NCBI GenBank assembly: GCA_900546475.1
Contig: URDI01000004.1
Coordinates: forward strand, 1,451 to 65,450
Reading direction: 5' to 3'
Source of the DNA: an uncultured Collinsella sp.
Lineage (GTDB): Bacteria > Actinomycetota > Coriobacteriia > Coriobacteriales > Coriobacteriaceae
DNA length: 64,000 nt
The notes beneath the pieces are model-generated. The model did not search any database, had not been told where the DNA came from, and worked only from the letters and a program-made list of their open reading frames with translations. The first letter of the stretch is position 1. Every line of letters starts with the position of its first letter. This document shows positions 56,036 to 64,000 of the stretch, in pieces. The position numbers were made by a program, and so were the translations under genes.

Positions 56036-57808
56036 CTATGAGCGCTTGCGGCTCACCACGGCGCCCGCGGCGATGGCGGCTGTTCCCGCAAGGGCGGCTG
56101 CCACGATGGCTGCGTTCGAGGTGTCGCCGGTTGCCGCGAGCTTGCCGACGGTCTTGGCTCCCTTGGCTGCAACTGCAACGGTCTTGGTTGTCTTCGTGCC
56201 CTCGGACTTGGAACCCTCGGGCTTGGTCTTGCCGTGCTTTTCCTCGGGCTTGGTCTCCTCGGGAGGCACGATGACCGTGCTCTTGGCGACAGCGGCGTCA
56301 TAGGGGGAGTCAATCGTGGCATCGCCCGTGCCAATGGTCTGCCCCGCCTCGTAGACGATGCCGTCGCTGAGCTCTTCCTTGTTGCGATAGTCAATGACTT
56401 TGCCGCCTGCAGGCGTCTGGATGATGGCGTCCTTGATTTCGATGGTGCCGATCGCCTTGCCGTCCGCGCTCATGGCAAGGGCGAAGATAGCCGCCGTGTC
56501 TCCCTCGGCCGTGACCTTGCTGCGGACGATCGAGATGGTCGCGGGCGTGATGCCCTTCTCGGTCTGCGCGAAGATGCCGATGTTCAGGCCCTCGGACTCA
56601 GGGATGATTTCGTCGTTTTGGTCTCCACTGTAGTGGTCGGGGCCGTCGCCGCCGGTCTCGGCATAGCGGGCTATGGCCTTGACAACGGAGTCGCTGATGT
56701 AGATATGGCCACCCGCTTCGTCGGAGTAGAAATTACTGGTGGAGATTGCAACCGAGAACCTGCCTTCTGCGAGCGCATCCACAGTCGAGCCGTTCTTGAT
56801 GACGATGTTGTCCTCATCGGTGAAGAGTGCGCTGGCTTCCCCGCCATCTGAGCTTGCGCGGACCGTCACGGTCGCGCCATCGAGCGTGATGCCCTTGTAG
56901 ACATAGATGCCATACCCAACGCCACTTGCGTTGAGGGAAGCGTTCGTGACCGTGAGGCTGTTTTTACCGTCGATGGCGGCGTCTTCCTCGGAGCTTGCCT
57001 TGACCTGGCTGCCACCCGAGATCTCGATGTTGCCGTCGGCCCAAATCGCATTGTCTTTGATAGAGCTTGCCTCTACCTTGCCGCCGCCCTTTATGATGAG
57101 GTTCTCGTTAGCATCGATACCCTGATCCTCGGTGGCCTTGGCGGTGACGGTTCCGCTGTTGTCGATCGTGATGTTGCCGTCGGCCCTGATGCCATCCGAA
57201 TCGCCCGTGGCGTTAACGTTTCCCGAGCCCTTGATGGTGACATCGCCCCCGGCATCGATGGCATCGTGCTCGGTGCTCGTGGCGTTGACAGTGCCAGCGC
57301 CGTCGATGTTGATGTTGCCGACGGAAGTGATGGCGTCACGAGAAGATGTCACGTTGAGCGTGCTGGACGCGTCGCCCTGAATATTAAGCTCGGCGTTCTC
57401 GTTCGCGCCATCCTTAACCTTGATGCCGCGGCCGTTGTCGTTAGTGACGGTGTTGTTGCCCTCGTAGCTCACGTTGAGCTTGCCCGCTGCCTCGATCGCG
57501 CCGCCGTTATAGCCGTTGAGCTTCATGTCGTCGGCGCCGTCCCAGCTCCAGGTGCCGGCGGCGTCGCCCGCCGCGGTGCCGGCGTTGTATTGGGTGCCGC
57601 CGACGTCCACCCACTCGGCCGCGAGCGAGACGCTCGGCATGAGCAGCGAACTTACCGTGAGCGCGCATACGGCGCCTACAACGATGCGGCGTGTCACGCG
57701 GCGCCAGCTGCCGTGTGCGAGCAGCGTGCAACGGCGCAGGTCGGGCTCGACAAAATGGGCTCCAGAGGTTTTGTCATTGCGCTTGGGGGTCGTGAACAAG
57801 ACGGCCAT
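56036..57808 (-). CDS. LAxTG-anchored cell-wall surface protein (paralog 2)
   Basis: C-terminal KLAATGDTS..SRKRS. Long stretches are identical to paralog 1 (RRVTRRIVVGAVCALTVSSLLMPSVSLAAEWV, ISIVRSKVTAEGDTAAIFALAMSADGK). Confidence 0.85.
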   Translation of the reverse strand: MAVLFTTPKRNDKTSGAHFVEPDLRRCTLLAHGSWRRVTRRIVVGAVCALTVSSLLMPSVSLAAEWVDVGGTQYNAGTAAGDAAGTWSWDGADDMKLNGYNGGAIEAAGKLNVSYEGNNTVTNDNGRGIKVKDGANENAELNIQGDASSTLNVTSSRDAITSVGNINIDGAGTVNATSTEHDAIDAGGDVTIKGSGNVNATGDSDGIRADGNITIDNSGTVTAKATEDQGIDANENLIIKGGGKVEASSIKDNAIWADGNIEISGGSQVKASSEEDAAIDGKNSLTVTNASLNASGVGYGIYVYKGITLDGATVTVRASSDGGEASALFTDEDNIVIKNGSTVDALAEGRFSVAISTSNFYSDEAGGHIYISDSVVKAIARYAETGGDGPDHYSGDQNDEIIPESEGLNIGIFAQTEKGITPATISIVRSKVTAEGDTAAIFALAMSADGKAIGTIEIKDAIIQTPAGGKVIDYRNKEELSDGIVYEAGQTIGTGDATIDSPYDAAVAKSTVIVPPEETKPEEKHGKTKPEGSKSEGTKTTKTVAVAAKGAKTVGKLAATGDTSNAAIVAAALAGTAAIAAGAVVSRKRS

Positions 57809-57944
57809 GGTTACTCCCATCCTCATAGGGCCTATGCGGTTATATCCAGCATATCTGCAGGATGTAGCCGTCGGTAGTGCCGTTTGGAGAGCAAAACGTC
57901 CAAAACTTGCGAAGCAATACATCGCGCGTCCGTGTGGTGCCTGG

Positions 57945-57992
57945 CTTTAAAAGCAAAGCGCGGAGCCGCTCGATGCGACTCCGCGCTTTGCT
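57945..57992 (-). terminator. Intrinsic terminator of the purine permease gene
   Basis: On the minus strand, the 14-bp stem AGCAAAGCGCGGAG..CTCCGCGCTTTGCT is followed by TTTTAAA. Confidence 0.7.
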
Positions 57993-58015
57993 GTTTGGTA
58001 TTGCGAATCTTGCGC

Positions 58016-59329
58016 CTACGCTACAAAGAAGTAGACGAGGAAGGCGAGGGCTGCGATCCACATGAGCGGCTTGATCTTGGAGGCCTCGCCCTTAAAGAGC
58101 GCGACGATCACGTAGGCGATAAAGCCCAGGCCAATGCCGGCAGAGATGGAGTAAGTGAAGGGCACGCCGGCGACAATCATGAACGCCGGGAAACCCTGCG
58201 ACACGTCGGACCAGTCGATCTCGGAGGCCTCGCTCATCATGAGGTAACCGACGTAGACCAGAGCACCGCAGGTGGCGGCGCTGGAAACGATGGTGACGAT
58301 GGGGGAGAAGAACGCGGCGAGAATGAACAGCACGCCGGTGGTGACAGAGGTGAGGCCCGTGCGGCCACCGTCGGCAGCGCCAGAGGTGGACTCGACGAAG
58401 GTAGTGATGGAGGAGACGCCCATAAAGCCACCGGCAGCAGCGGCCACGGAGTCGACGACCAGGATGGGACGGATGTCCTCGACATTGCCGTCCTCGGTCA
58501 AGAACTCGCCCTGCTTGGCGACGGCCATCGCGGTGCCCATGGTGTCGAAGAAGTCACTCATGAGCAGCGAGAAGGCAACGACGAGCAGCATCGGGTCGGT
58601 CAGAACCTTCACGATGGCCATGTTGCCATCGGCGGTGCTGGCAAACGGGGCGCCAAAGGTCGAGAAGTCGAGCGGTGCGATGAGGCCCTCGGGCGCATGG
58701 GTGACGCCCAGCGGGATACCGGCGATAACGGCAACGATGATGCCGATGAGCAGCGAGCCCGGCACGTTGCGGGAAGCCAGGGCAACCGTCACGACGATGG
58801 AGATGATGCCGACGATAAAGGTGGGGGAGGTGATGTCGCCCAAGCCGACGAGCGTACCGGCGCCAGCGGTGATGATGCCGGCGTCGCACAGGCCGATCAT
58901 GGCGATAAACAGGCCCAGACCCACCGAGATGGCGTGGCGCAGGACCACGGGGATGGCATCCATGATGGCCTCGCGCAGGCCGCAAAGGACGAGCAGCAAG
59001 ATGACGATACCTTCGAGGAAGATAACGCTCATGGCAACGTGCCAGTCACCGCCGCACATGGTGGTGGTGATGCCCGCGATCATGGCGTTGATGCCCAGGC
59101 CCGACGCGCAGGCGAGCGGGCGGTTGGCGAAGATGCCCATGCAGATGGTCATGATGCCGGCGCCCAGGCAGGTGGCGCAGGCGAGCGCTCCCGCATCGAT
59201 GCCAGCGCCCGAGAGCACTGCGGGGTTGACGGCGATGATGTAGGCCATCGCCAGGAATGTTGTCAGTCCAGCGCGAAGTTCGGTCCCGATTGTGGACTTG
59301 CGCTCACTGACGTGAAATAGTTCGTCCAT
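58016..59329 (-). CDS. NCS2/AzgA-family adenine/guanine/hypoxanthine permease
   Basis: The FHVSERKSTIGTELRAGLTTFLAMAYIIAVNP N-terminus is typical of PbuG/PurP-type permeases. Confidence 0.85.
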   Translation of the reverse strand: MDELFHVSERKSTIGTELRAGLTTFLAMAYIIAVNPAVLSGAGIDAGALACATCLGAGIMTICMGIFANRPLACASGLGINAMIAGITTTMCGGDWHVAMSVIFLEGIVILLLVLCGLREAIMDAIPVVLRHAISVGLGLFIAMIGLCDAGIITAGAGTLVGLGDITSPTFIVGIISIVVTVALASRNVPGSLLIGIIVAVIAGIPLGVTHAPEGLIAPLDFSTFGAPFASTADGNMAIVKVLTDPMLLVVAFSLLMSDFFDTMGTAMAVAKQGEFLTEDGNVEDIRPILVVDSVAAAAGGFMGVSSITTFVESTSGAADGGRTGLTSVTTGVLFILAAFFSPIVTIVSSAATCGALVYVGYLMMSEASEIDWSDVSQGFPAFMIVAGVPFTYSISAGIGLGFIAYVIVALFKGEASKIKPLMWIAALAFLVYFFVA

Positions 59330-59522
59330 GCATACCCTTTCCTTGTTCGGCCCCGAGTTTAGGCCGATTGACACGAACTCACCTACTATATCGCCTTTGA
59401 AAGGTTGATGTTCCTCGCGTGTTGAAGTTCGGCGCTTTGTAGCAGACGGACGGTATTATTCGCATGAAAATGTGTAGGTACCGTATACTTAAGCGGTTAC
59501 AACGACCCCTATGGAGGAACGT

Positions 59523-59942
59523 ATGATTAAAGAGCTCTGCCACGACGAGGCTATCCTGTCCCAGCGTTGCGAGGTTGCGACCGTCGAGGACGAGTCGGTT
59601 GCTCAGGACCTGATCGATACCATCAAGTCGCTCGACGATGCCGGCTGCCTTGCCGCCAACCAGATCGGCGTTACCAAGAAGGTCTGCGTCTACCTGGACG
59701 ACGCCGGCGAGCCCCACGTGCTCTACAACTCTCGTCTGGTGTTTGGCCTGGGCGCCAGCAAGATGGAGGAGAGCTGCCTGACGCACGACGAGATCACCAA
59801 GTCCACGCGCTACATCAAGTGCAAGGTTGCCTTTGACCAGATCGTCGACGGCAAGATGAAGGAGTGCCGCCGCGATTACGCAGGCTTTGAGGCGCAAATG
59901 ATCCAGCACATGATTGATCACTGTCTTGGAAAGTTGGTCTAA
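59523..59942 (+). CDS. Peptide deformylase-like protein with a non-canonical motif 3
   Basis: Motif 1 is GCLAANQIG, motif 2 is EESCLT (Cys retained), and motif 3 is QHMIDH instead of QHExDH. A GGAGGA Shine-Dalgarno lies 4 nt upstream of ATG 59523. Confidence 0.7.
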   Translation: MIKELCHDEAILSQRCEVATVEDESVAQDLIDTIKSLDDAGCLAANQIGVTKKVCVYLDDAGEPHVLYNSRLVFGLGASKMEESCLTHDEITKSTRYIKCKVAFDQIVDGKMKECRRDYAGFEAQMIQHMIDHCLGKLV

Positions 59943-60073
59943 GGGGACCAAAGCACCGCACTTCGTCTCTTTTGGTCCGGGCGTGACATTGTTGTCATGT
60001 CCGGGCTTTTGTGTTTAGCGCCTTTTTGTTTGGTGACAATAACCTTAGCAGGACCGTAAAGCTAGGAGGCGCT

Positions 60074-61039
60074 ATGTGCACGAGCATTCGATTTACCGAT
60101 AATTCTGGCCACATGTATCTGGGCCGCAACCTCGACTGGAGCTTTGACTACGGCCAACAGGTTCGCGTGATGCCGCGCGGGTTCCACATTCCGTATTCGT
60201 TTATCGACGATGCGTCGGCGGCACACGCGGTAATCGGCATGTGCATCGATTACAAGAACTATCCCATGTTTTTCGACTGTGGTAACGATGCGGGTCTGGC
60301 TGTGGCGGGGCTCAACTTTCCCGGCTATGCCGAGTATGCCGAGGGCCCTGTCGACGGCAAGAACAATATCGCGGCCTATGAGTTTCCCCTGTGGGTGGCA
60401 GCGACGTTCTCGACGGTCGATGAGGTCGAGGCCGCGCTGCGCGACACGGTGATTGTCGCCAAATCTGCCGGAGAGGGGCTGGGCGTGTCGCTGCTCCATT
60501 GGATTATCGGCGACAGCCAGCGCAGCATCGTGGTCGAGATGATGGCTGACGGCCTGCATGTATACGACGATCCGGTCGACACCCTTGCCAACCAGCCGAC
60601 CTTCCCGTGGCACATGGAAAACCTGCGCACCTATATCACCGCCACAAGCGATTTTCCGCAGACGGCGACATGGCGTGGCGCCGAGCTTAAGCCCTATGGA
60701 GCCGGTGCCGGCATGCGCGGCATTCCGGGCGATTGCTATTCGCCGAGCCGTTTTGTAAAGGCGGCGTACCTCAATGCCAATTACCCGCAAAAGGAGAGCG
60801 AGACCGAAAACGTCGTTCGCATGTTCCGCTCGCTCGAGGGCGTGGTGATGATCGAGGGAGCGTCCAGGATGGGCGATGGCAAGTTCGAGAAGACTATCTA
60901 CACCGGATGCTTTAGCGCGCGCACGGGCAATTATTACTACGCGATGTATGGGGATCCGTCGATTCGCTACGTGAGCCTGATGGATGCCGAGGGCGCGAGC
61001 CCCGATAGGCTCGTGGTTCCCGAGCCGCGCCGTTCGTAG
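60074..61039 (+). CDS. Choloylglycine hydrolase / bile salt hydrolase-family Ntn hydrolase
   Basis: The N-terminal MCTSIRF places the nucleophile Cys2 directly after Met, and GRNLDW follows. An AGGAGG Shine-Dalgarno lies upstream. Confidence 0.85.
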   Translation: MCTSIRFTDNSGHMYLGRNLDWSFDYGQQVRVMPRGFHIPYSFIDDASAAHAVIGMCIDYKNYPMFFDCGNDAGLAVAGLNFPGYAEYAEGPVDGKNNIAAYEFPLWVAATFSTVDEVEAALRDTVIVAKSAGEGLGVSLLHWIIGDSQRSIVVEMMADGLHVYDDPVDTLANQPTFPWHMENLRTYITATSDFPQTATWRGAELKPYGAGAGMRGIPGDCYSPSRFVKAAYLNANYPQKESETENVVRMFRSLEGVVMIEGASRMGDGKFEKTIYTGCFSARTGNYYYAMYGDPSIRYVSLMDAEGASPDRLVVPEPRRS

Positions 61040-61062
61040 CTCACTGGTCCGTTGCGACATAA

Positions 61063-61098
61063 AACGGCCTCGCACCTCTTATGAGATGCGAGGCCGTT
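61063..61098. terminator. Hairpin between the convergent hydrolase and kup genes
   Basis: AACGGCCTCGCA..TGCGAGGCCGTT, a 12-bp perfect stem. Confidence 0.6.
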
Positions 61099-61120
61099 GT
61101 CGTCAATGGCTGGTGGCGTG

Positions 61121-63367
61121 TTAGAAGTTGGCGTCGTTGAACTGGGTGCTCTCGAGTCCGTCGAGTTGCTGTTCGGGCGTATCTGCGACGCTCTCGAGCA
61201 GCTCAGTGGGATCGACGTTCATATTCTTACCGGCTTCGTTGCCGTTGACCAGGTCGTCCGAGAAGATGTCGACTTCCATTTCTTCGGCCTCTTCGATCTG
61301 AACCTCGAGCGGCACTTGGGTGCGCACGAGCTTAACGGCCGGGCGCATGCGGGCAAACAGCGGCACGTACTCGATGATGATGGCCGAGTTCTCGAGACCG
61401 TACCAGCGTGCCGGGCTTCCGCAGGCGCGGCGGACGGCGTACTTGATGGCCATCACGCGGTGGTCATTGCGGTTGATGTCCGTTTCGGGGGCAAGCATCT
61501 TGCGCAGCATGCAAAAGCGGAAGTCACCTACGTTGCCGCGCGTCTCGTAGATGGAGTAGGTGTGATGTTGCGGCGGCAGCTCGCCCGATGCCATCAAGTC
61601 GCCGACGATCTGACGCAGATAGGCGTTGACGCGCTGGTTGACCTTAAAGCCCAGGTCCAGGCGCACGCGGAACAAAAAGTCCGTGCCAAAGGTCTCGACG
61701 GAATACTCGTGCGTATAGGGTTCGTCGGTAACGTGCACGTTGATGAACCAGTATGCCTTGGCGCGCTTGGGATGTTTGTCCAGGATGGAATAGAGCACGT
61801 CGCGGTCGAGCGTGAGCGGATCGGGGCTGTTGGTGAGGAACACCAGATTGTCGGCGAGCACGGGGTAGGTCTCGTCGTTGCGCAGGCGGTTGAGCTGGTC
61901 AATGTACTTGGAGACGGGCAGCAGGATCGTCTGCGTGCGCTCGATGGCGGTGCCGCGGCGCCACACGTACATAAGGCCAAACAGCAGCGAGGCCAAGAAG
62001 ATCATTACGTAGCCGCCGTCAAAGAACATGGTGAGGCACGAGGCGAAGAAGCACAGCTCAATGGCACCGAAGAGCAGGGCGAAGACGCAGGCGCCCAGCT
62101 TGTGCTTGAGGATGCCGACGATATAGCTCGTCAAAAGCGTGGTGGTCATAAGCATGGTCACGGTAATGGCGAGGCCGTAGGCACTCTCCATGCGCTCGGA
62201 GTTTTGGAACAGCAGCACGATGAAGATGCAGCCGACCCACATGATGTTATTGACGAGTGGAATATAGAGCTGGCCCTTGGTGTCGCTGGGGTAGTGGATG
62301 CGCAGGTGCGGCATAAGGTTGAGGCGCGTTGCCTCGGATACCAGCGAGAACGAGCCGGTGATGAGCGCCTGTGAGGCGATGATGGCCGCCACGGCCGAAA
62401 GCACGATGGCAAAGGGGCGCAGGGGCTCGGGGAGCATCATATAGAACGGGTTGACGATATCCATCGCGAGCATCTGGGGGTTGGAGTTATTGGCGAGTAG
62501 CCAAGCTCCCTGACCCAGATAGTTGAGGATAAGGGCCGCCTTAACAAATGGCCAGGATGCATAGATGTTTGCCTTGCCCACGTGGCCCATGTCCGAGTAG
62601 AGTGCCTCGGCACCGGTTGTCGACAGGAAGACAAAGCCGAGCACCATAATGCCCGAATGGTTGATGGGCGAGAACAGGAACATAATGCCGCGGATGGGGT
62701 TGAGCGCGCGCAAGATGGACAGGTTGCCGAGCATGTTGAACAGACCGGCGCCTGCCAGGAACAGGAACCACAGCGTCATGAGCGGGCCGAAGAGCTTGCC
62801 GATTGACGAGGTGCCGGCGCGCTGCATGGCAAATAGGCCGCAGATAATGATGATGGTGATGATGATGACGTTGGTCTGCCCGTCGCCCAGCAGCGCATGG
62901 CCCCATTCGATGGTGCGCAGACCCTCGATGGCTGTGGTGACCGTGACGGCGGGGGTGAGGATGCCGTCGGCAAGCAGTGCCGCACCGCCGATCATGGCGG
63001 GCAGAATCAGCCATGGTGCCACCTTGCGTACGAGGCTGAACAGGGCGAAGATGCCGCCTTCGTTGTGGTTGTCGGCCTTCATGGCGATTACCACGTACTT
63101 GACCGTGGTCACGAGCGTCATGGTCCAGATGACGAGCGAAAGCGCGCCCAGGATCATGTCCTCGCTGACGGTACCGATGCCGCCGTTGTTGGCGACGATT
63201 GATTTCATGGTGTACATGGGGCTCGTGCCGATGTCGCCATAGACGACGCCGAGCGTTACGAGCAGCATGCCAGCGGAGAGGGGGATGGCTCCGTGCCCGC
63301 CTTGCCCGCGCTGGTCTTGGAGGTTTGCCTCCAGTTTGTTGTGTGCCACGAGGACTCCCTTAGACAT
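61121..63367 (-). CDS. kup: KUP/HAK/KT-family potassium transporter
   Basis: GVVYGDIGTSPMY signature, a 12-TM core and a long cytoplasmic C-terminal domain. Confidence 0.9.
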   Translation of the reverse strand: MSKGVLVAHNKLEANLQDQRGQGGHGAIPLSAGMLLVTLGVVYGDIGTSPMYTMKSIVANNGGIGTVSEDMILGALSLVIWTMTLVTTVKYVVIAMKADNHNEGGIFALFSLVRKVAPWLILPAMIGGAALLADGILTPAVTVTTAIEGLRTIEWGHALLGDGQTNVIIITIIIICGLFAMQRAGTSSIGKLFGPLMTLWFLFLAGAGLFNMLGNLSILRALNPIRGIMFLFSPINHSGIMVLGFVFLSTTGAEALYSDMGHVGKANIYASWPFVKAALILNYLGQGAWLLANNSNPQMLAMDIVNPFYMMLPEPLRPFAIVLSAVAAIIASQALITGSFSLVSEATRLNLMPHLRIHYPSDTKGQLYIPLVNNIMWVGCIFIVLLFQNSERMESAYGLAITVTMLMTTTLLTSYIVGILKHKLGACVFALLFGAIELCFFASCLTMFFDGGYVMIFLASLLFGLMYVWRRGTAIERTQTILLPVSKYIDQLNRLRNDETYPVLADNLVFLTNSPDPLTLDRDVLYSILDKHPKRAKAYWFINVHVTDEPYTHEYSVETFGTDFLFRVRLDLGFKVNQRVNAYLRQIVGDLMASGELPPQHHTYSIYETRGNVGDFRFCMLRKMLAPETDINRNDHRVMAIKYAVRRACGSPARWYGLENSAIIIEYVPLFARMRPAVKLVRTQVPLEVQIEEAEEMEVDIFSDDLVNGNEAGKNMNVDPTELLESVADTPEQQLDGLESTQFNDANF

Positions 63368-63506
63368 CCGGTTATCTGTCTAGGACAAAAAACTTTATGC
63401 CGTCTTTATACATACAAGAGCAGTTTGGCACATCGGGTTATTTTAGACAATAATCCTCAGCTGGGGATTATTTATCTACGCAGGTAGCATTTCAAAGCAG
63501 GGGCTT

Positions 63507-64000
63507 TTAAGCACGTGCTATCTGGGCGATGCCAGCCTTGGCGTTTGCGCGTTTGCCGGCGAGTTCGCAAAAAATCGCGCCGCCGATGATAAGCGCGGCG
63601 CCCATCAGGCGGACCGGTGTTATGGCTTCACCCAAAAGGGCGGCTGAGAACACGACCGCCGAAAGCGGCTCGAGGTAGCCGACGACGGCGACGGTCTGAA
63701 CGGGCAGCTTGGCGACGGCGCTAAAGTAGAGCAGGCAACCAATGCCGGTGTTGACGACGCCGAGCATAGCGACGGCGCGCCAATCAATGCTGGCGGCGAC
63801 GCCGGCGGACAGGAACGAGGGAGCGCCCTGCGTGATGAGCGTGAGGGCCAGTGCGGTCACAAAGGCGGCGCTCACTTGGAGTGCGGAGTTCTCGAGGCCC
63901 TCGATGTGAGGCGCACCCTTGCTGGCGATGACCATCAATGCATAGCAGAAGGCCGAGGCGATTCCACAGACGATGCCCGCAATGGGCATATTGCCGCCTA
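63507..64000 (-). CDS. EamA/DMT-family transporter (partial, N-terminus beyond the window end)
   Basis: Five hydrophobic helices of one EamA repeat. The reading frame stays open to the window edge. Confidence 0.65.
   Translation of the reverse strand, partial: GGNMPIAGIVCGIASAFCYALMVIASKGAPHIEGLENSALQVSAAFVTALALTLITQGAPSFLSAGVAASIDWRAVAMLGVVNTGIGCLLYFSAVAKLPVQTVAVVGYLEPLSAVVFSAALLGEAITPVRLMGAALIIGGAIFCELAGKRANAKAGIAQIARA

Noticed and set aside
59330-59510. A purine riboswitch upstream of the purine permease gene.
   Set aside because: The reverse-strand leader lacks the conserved UAUAAU..AUAUGG..GUUUCUACC..CCGUAAA..GACUAUA cores. Only a vague AAUAAU resemblance is present.
63368-63506. A c-di-AMP (ydaO/kimA-type) riboswitch upstream of kup.
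   Set aside because: The leader is only ~140 nt. It shows one short hairpin and none of the pseudo-two-fold conserved ACGGGGA/CCCG elements that I recall.

Overview
This is a high-GC chromosomal segment. Hand counts of single 60-nt lines give about 60-73% GC in the core genes. The gene content suggests a gut actinobacterium, possibly Coriobacteriia or Collinsella-like: a bile-salt hydrolase, LAxTG-anchored surface proteins and many antisense shadow ORFs. That taxonomic guess is inference only, since no search was possible. I support about 60 protein genes, mostly housekeeping and transport. They include trmO, a MalY-type lyase, two hybrid sensor kinases with solute-binding sensor domains, a K+ channel, ClC, a GntR-ABC operon, prfC, yhhQ, ung, rlmA- and rsmJ-like methyltransferases, a TetM-like GTPase, a UvrA paralog, trmL, a COG0523 GTPase, two GGDEF proteins, a patatin, thiM-thiE, a MetE-like protein, uracil and purine permeases, a choloylglycine hydrolase and Kup. 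There is a clear TPP riboswitch with its attenuator upstream of thiM, and a weaker preQ1-I-like element upstream of yhhQ. I recognised no rRNA, tRNA, CRISPR array or cas genes. Four things deserve a second look. (1) A roughly 4-kb low-GC island (32.7-36.7 kb) carries a small serine recombinase and an operon of uncharacterised envelope and cytoplasmic proteins, and is bounded by oppositely oriented copies of a perfect 31-35 bp palindrome. (2) That palindrome family has four copies, which split 28.9-36.7 kb into three cassettes and supply the Met-stop ends of three genes. (3) An intergenic array of four ~80-bp tandem units at 15.27-15.57 kb each forms a 16-18 bp hairpin with compensatory changes. 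(4) A 33-bp inverted repeat flanks 114 bp upstream of an EamA transporter and looks like an inverton or a MITE. Smaller items are a C9 tract inside a diguanylate cyclase gene, a peptide-deformylase-like gene lacking the catalytic Glu, and a tandem duplication of a surface-adhesin gene. All functional calls come from motif recognition in the translated ORFs, not from database searches.
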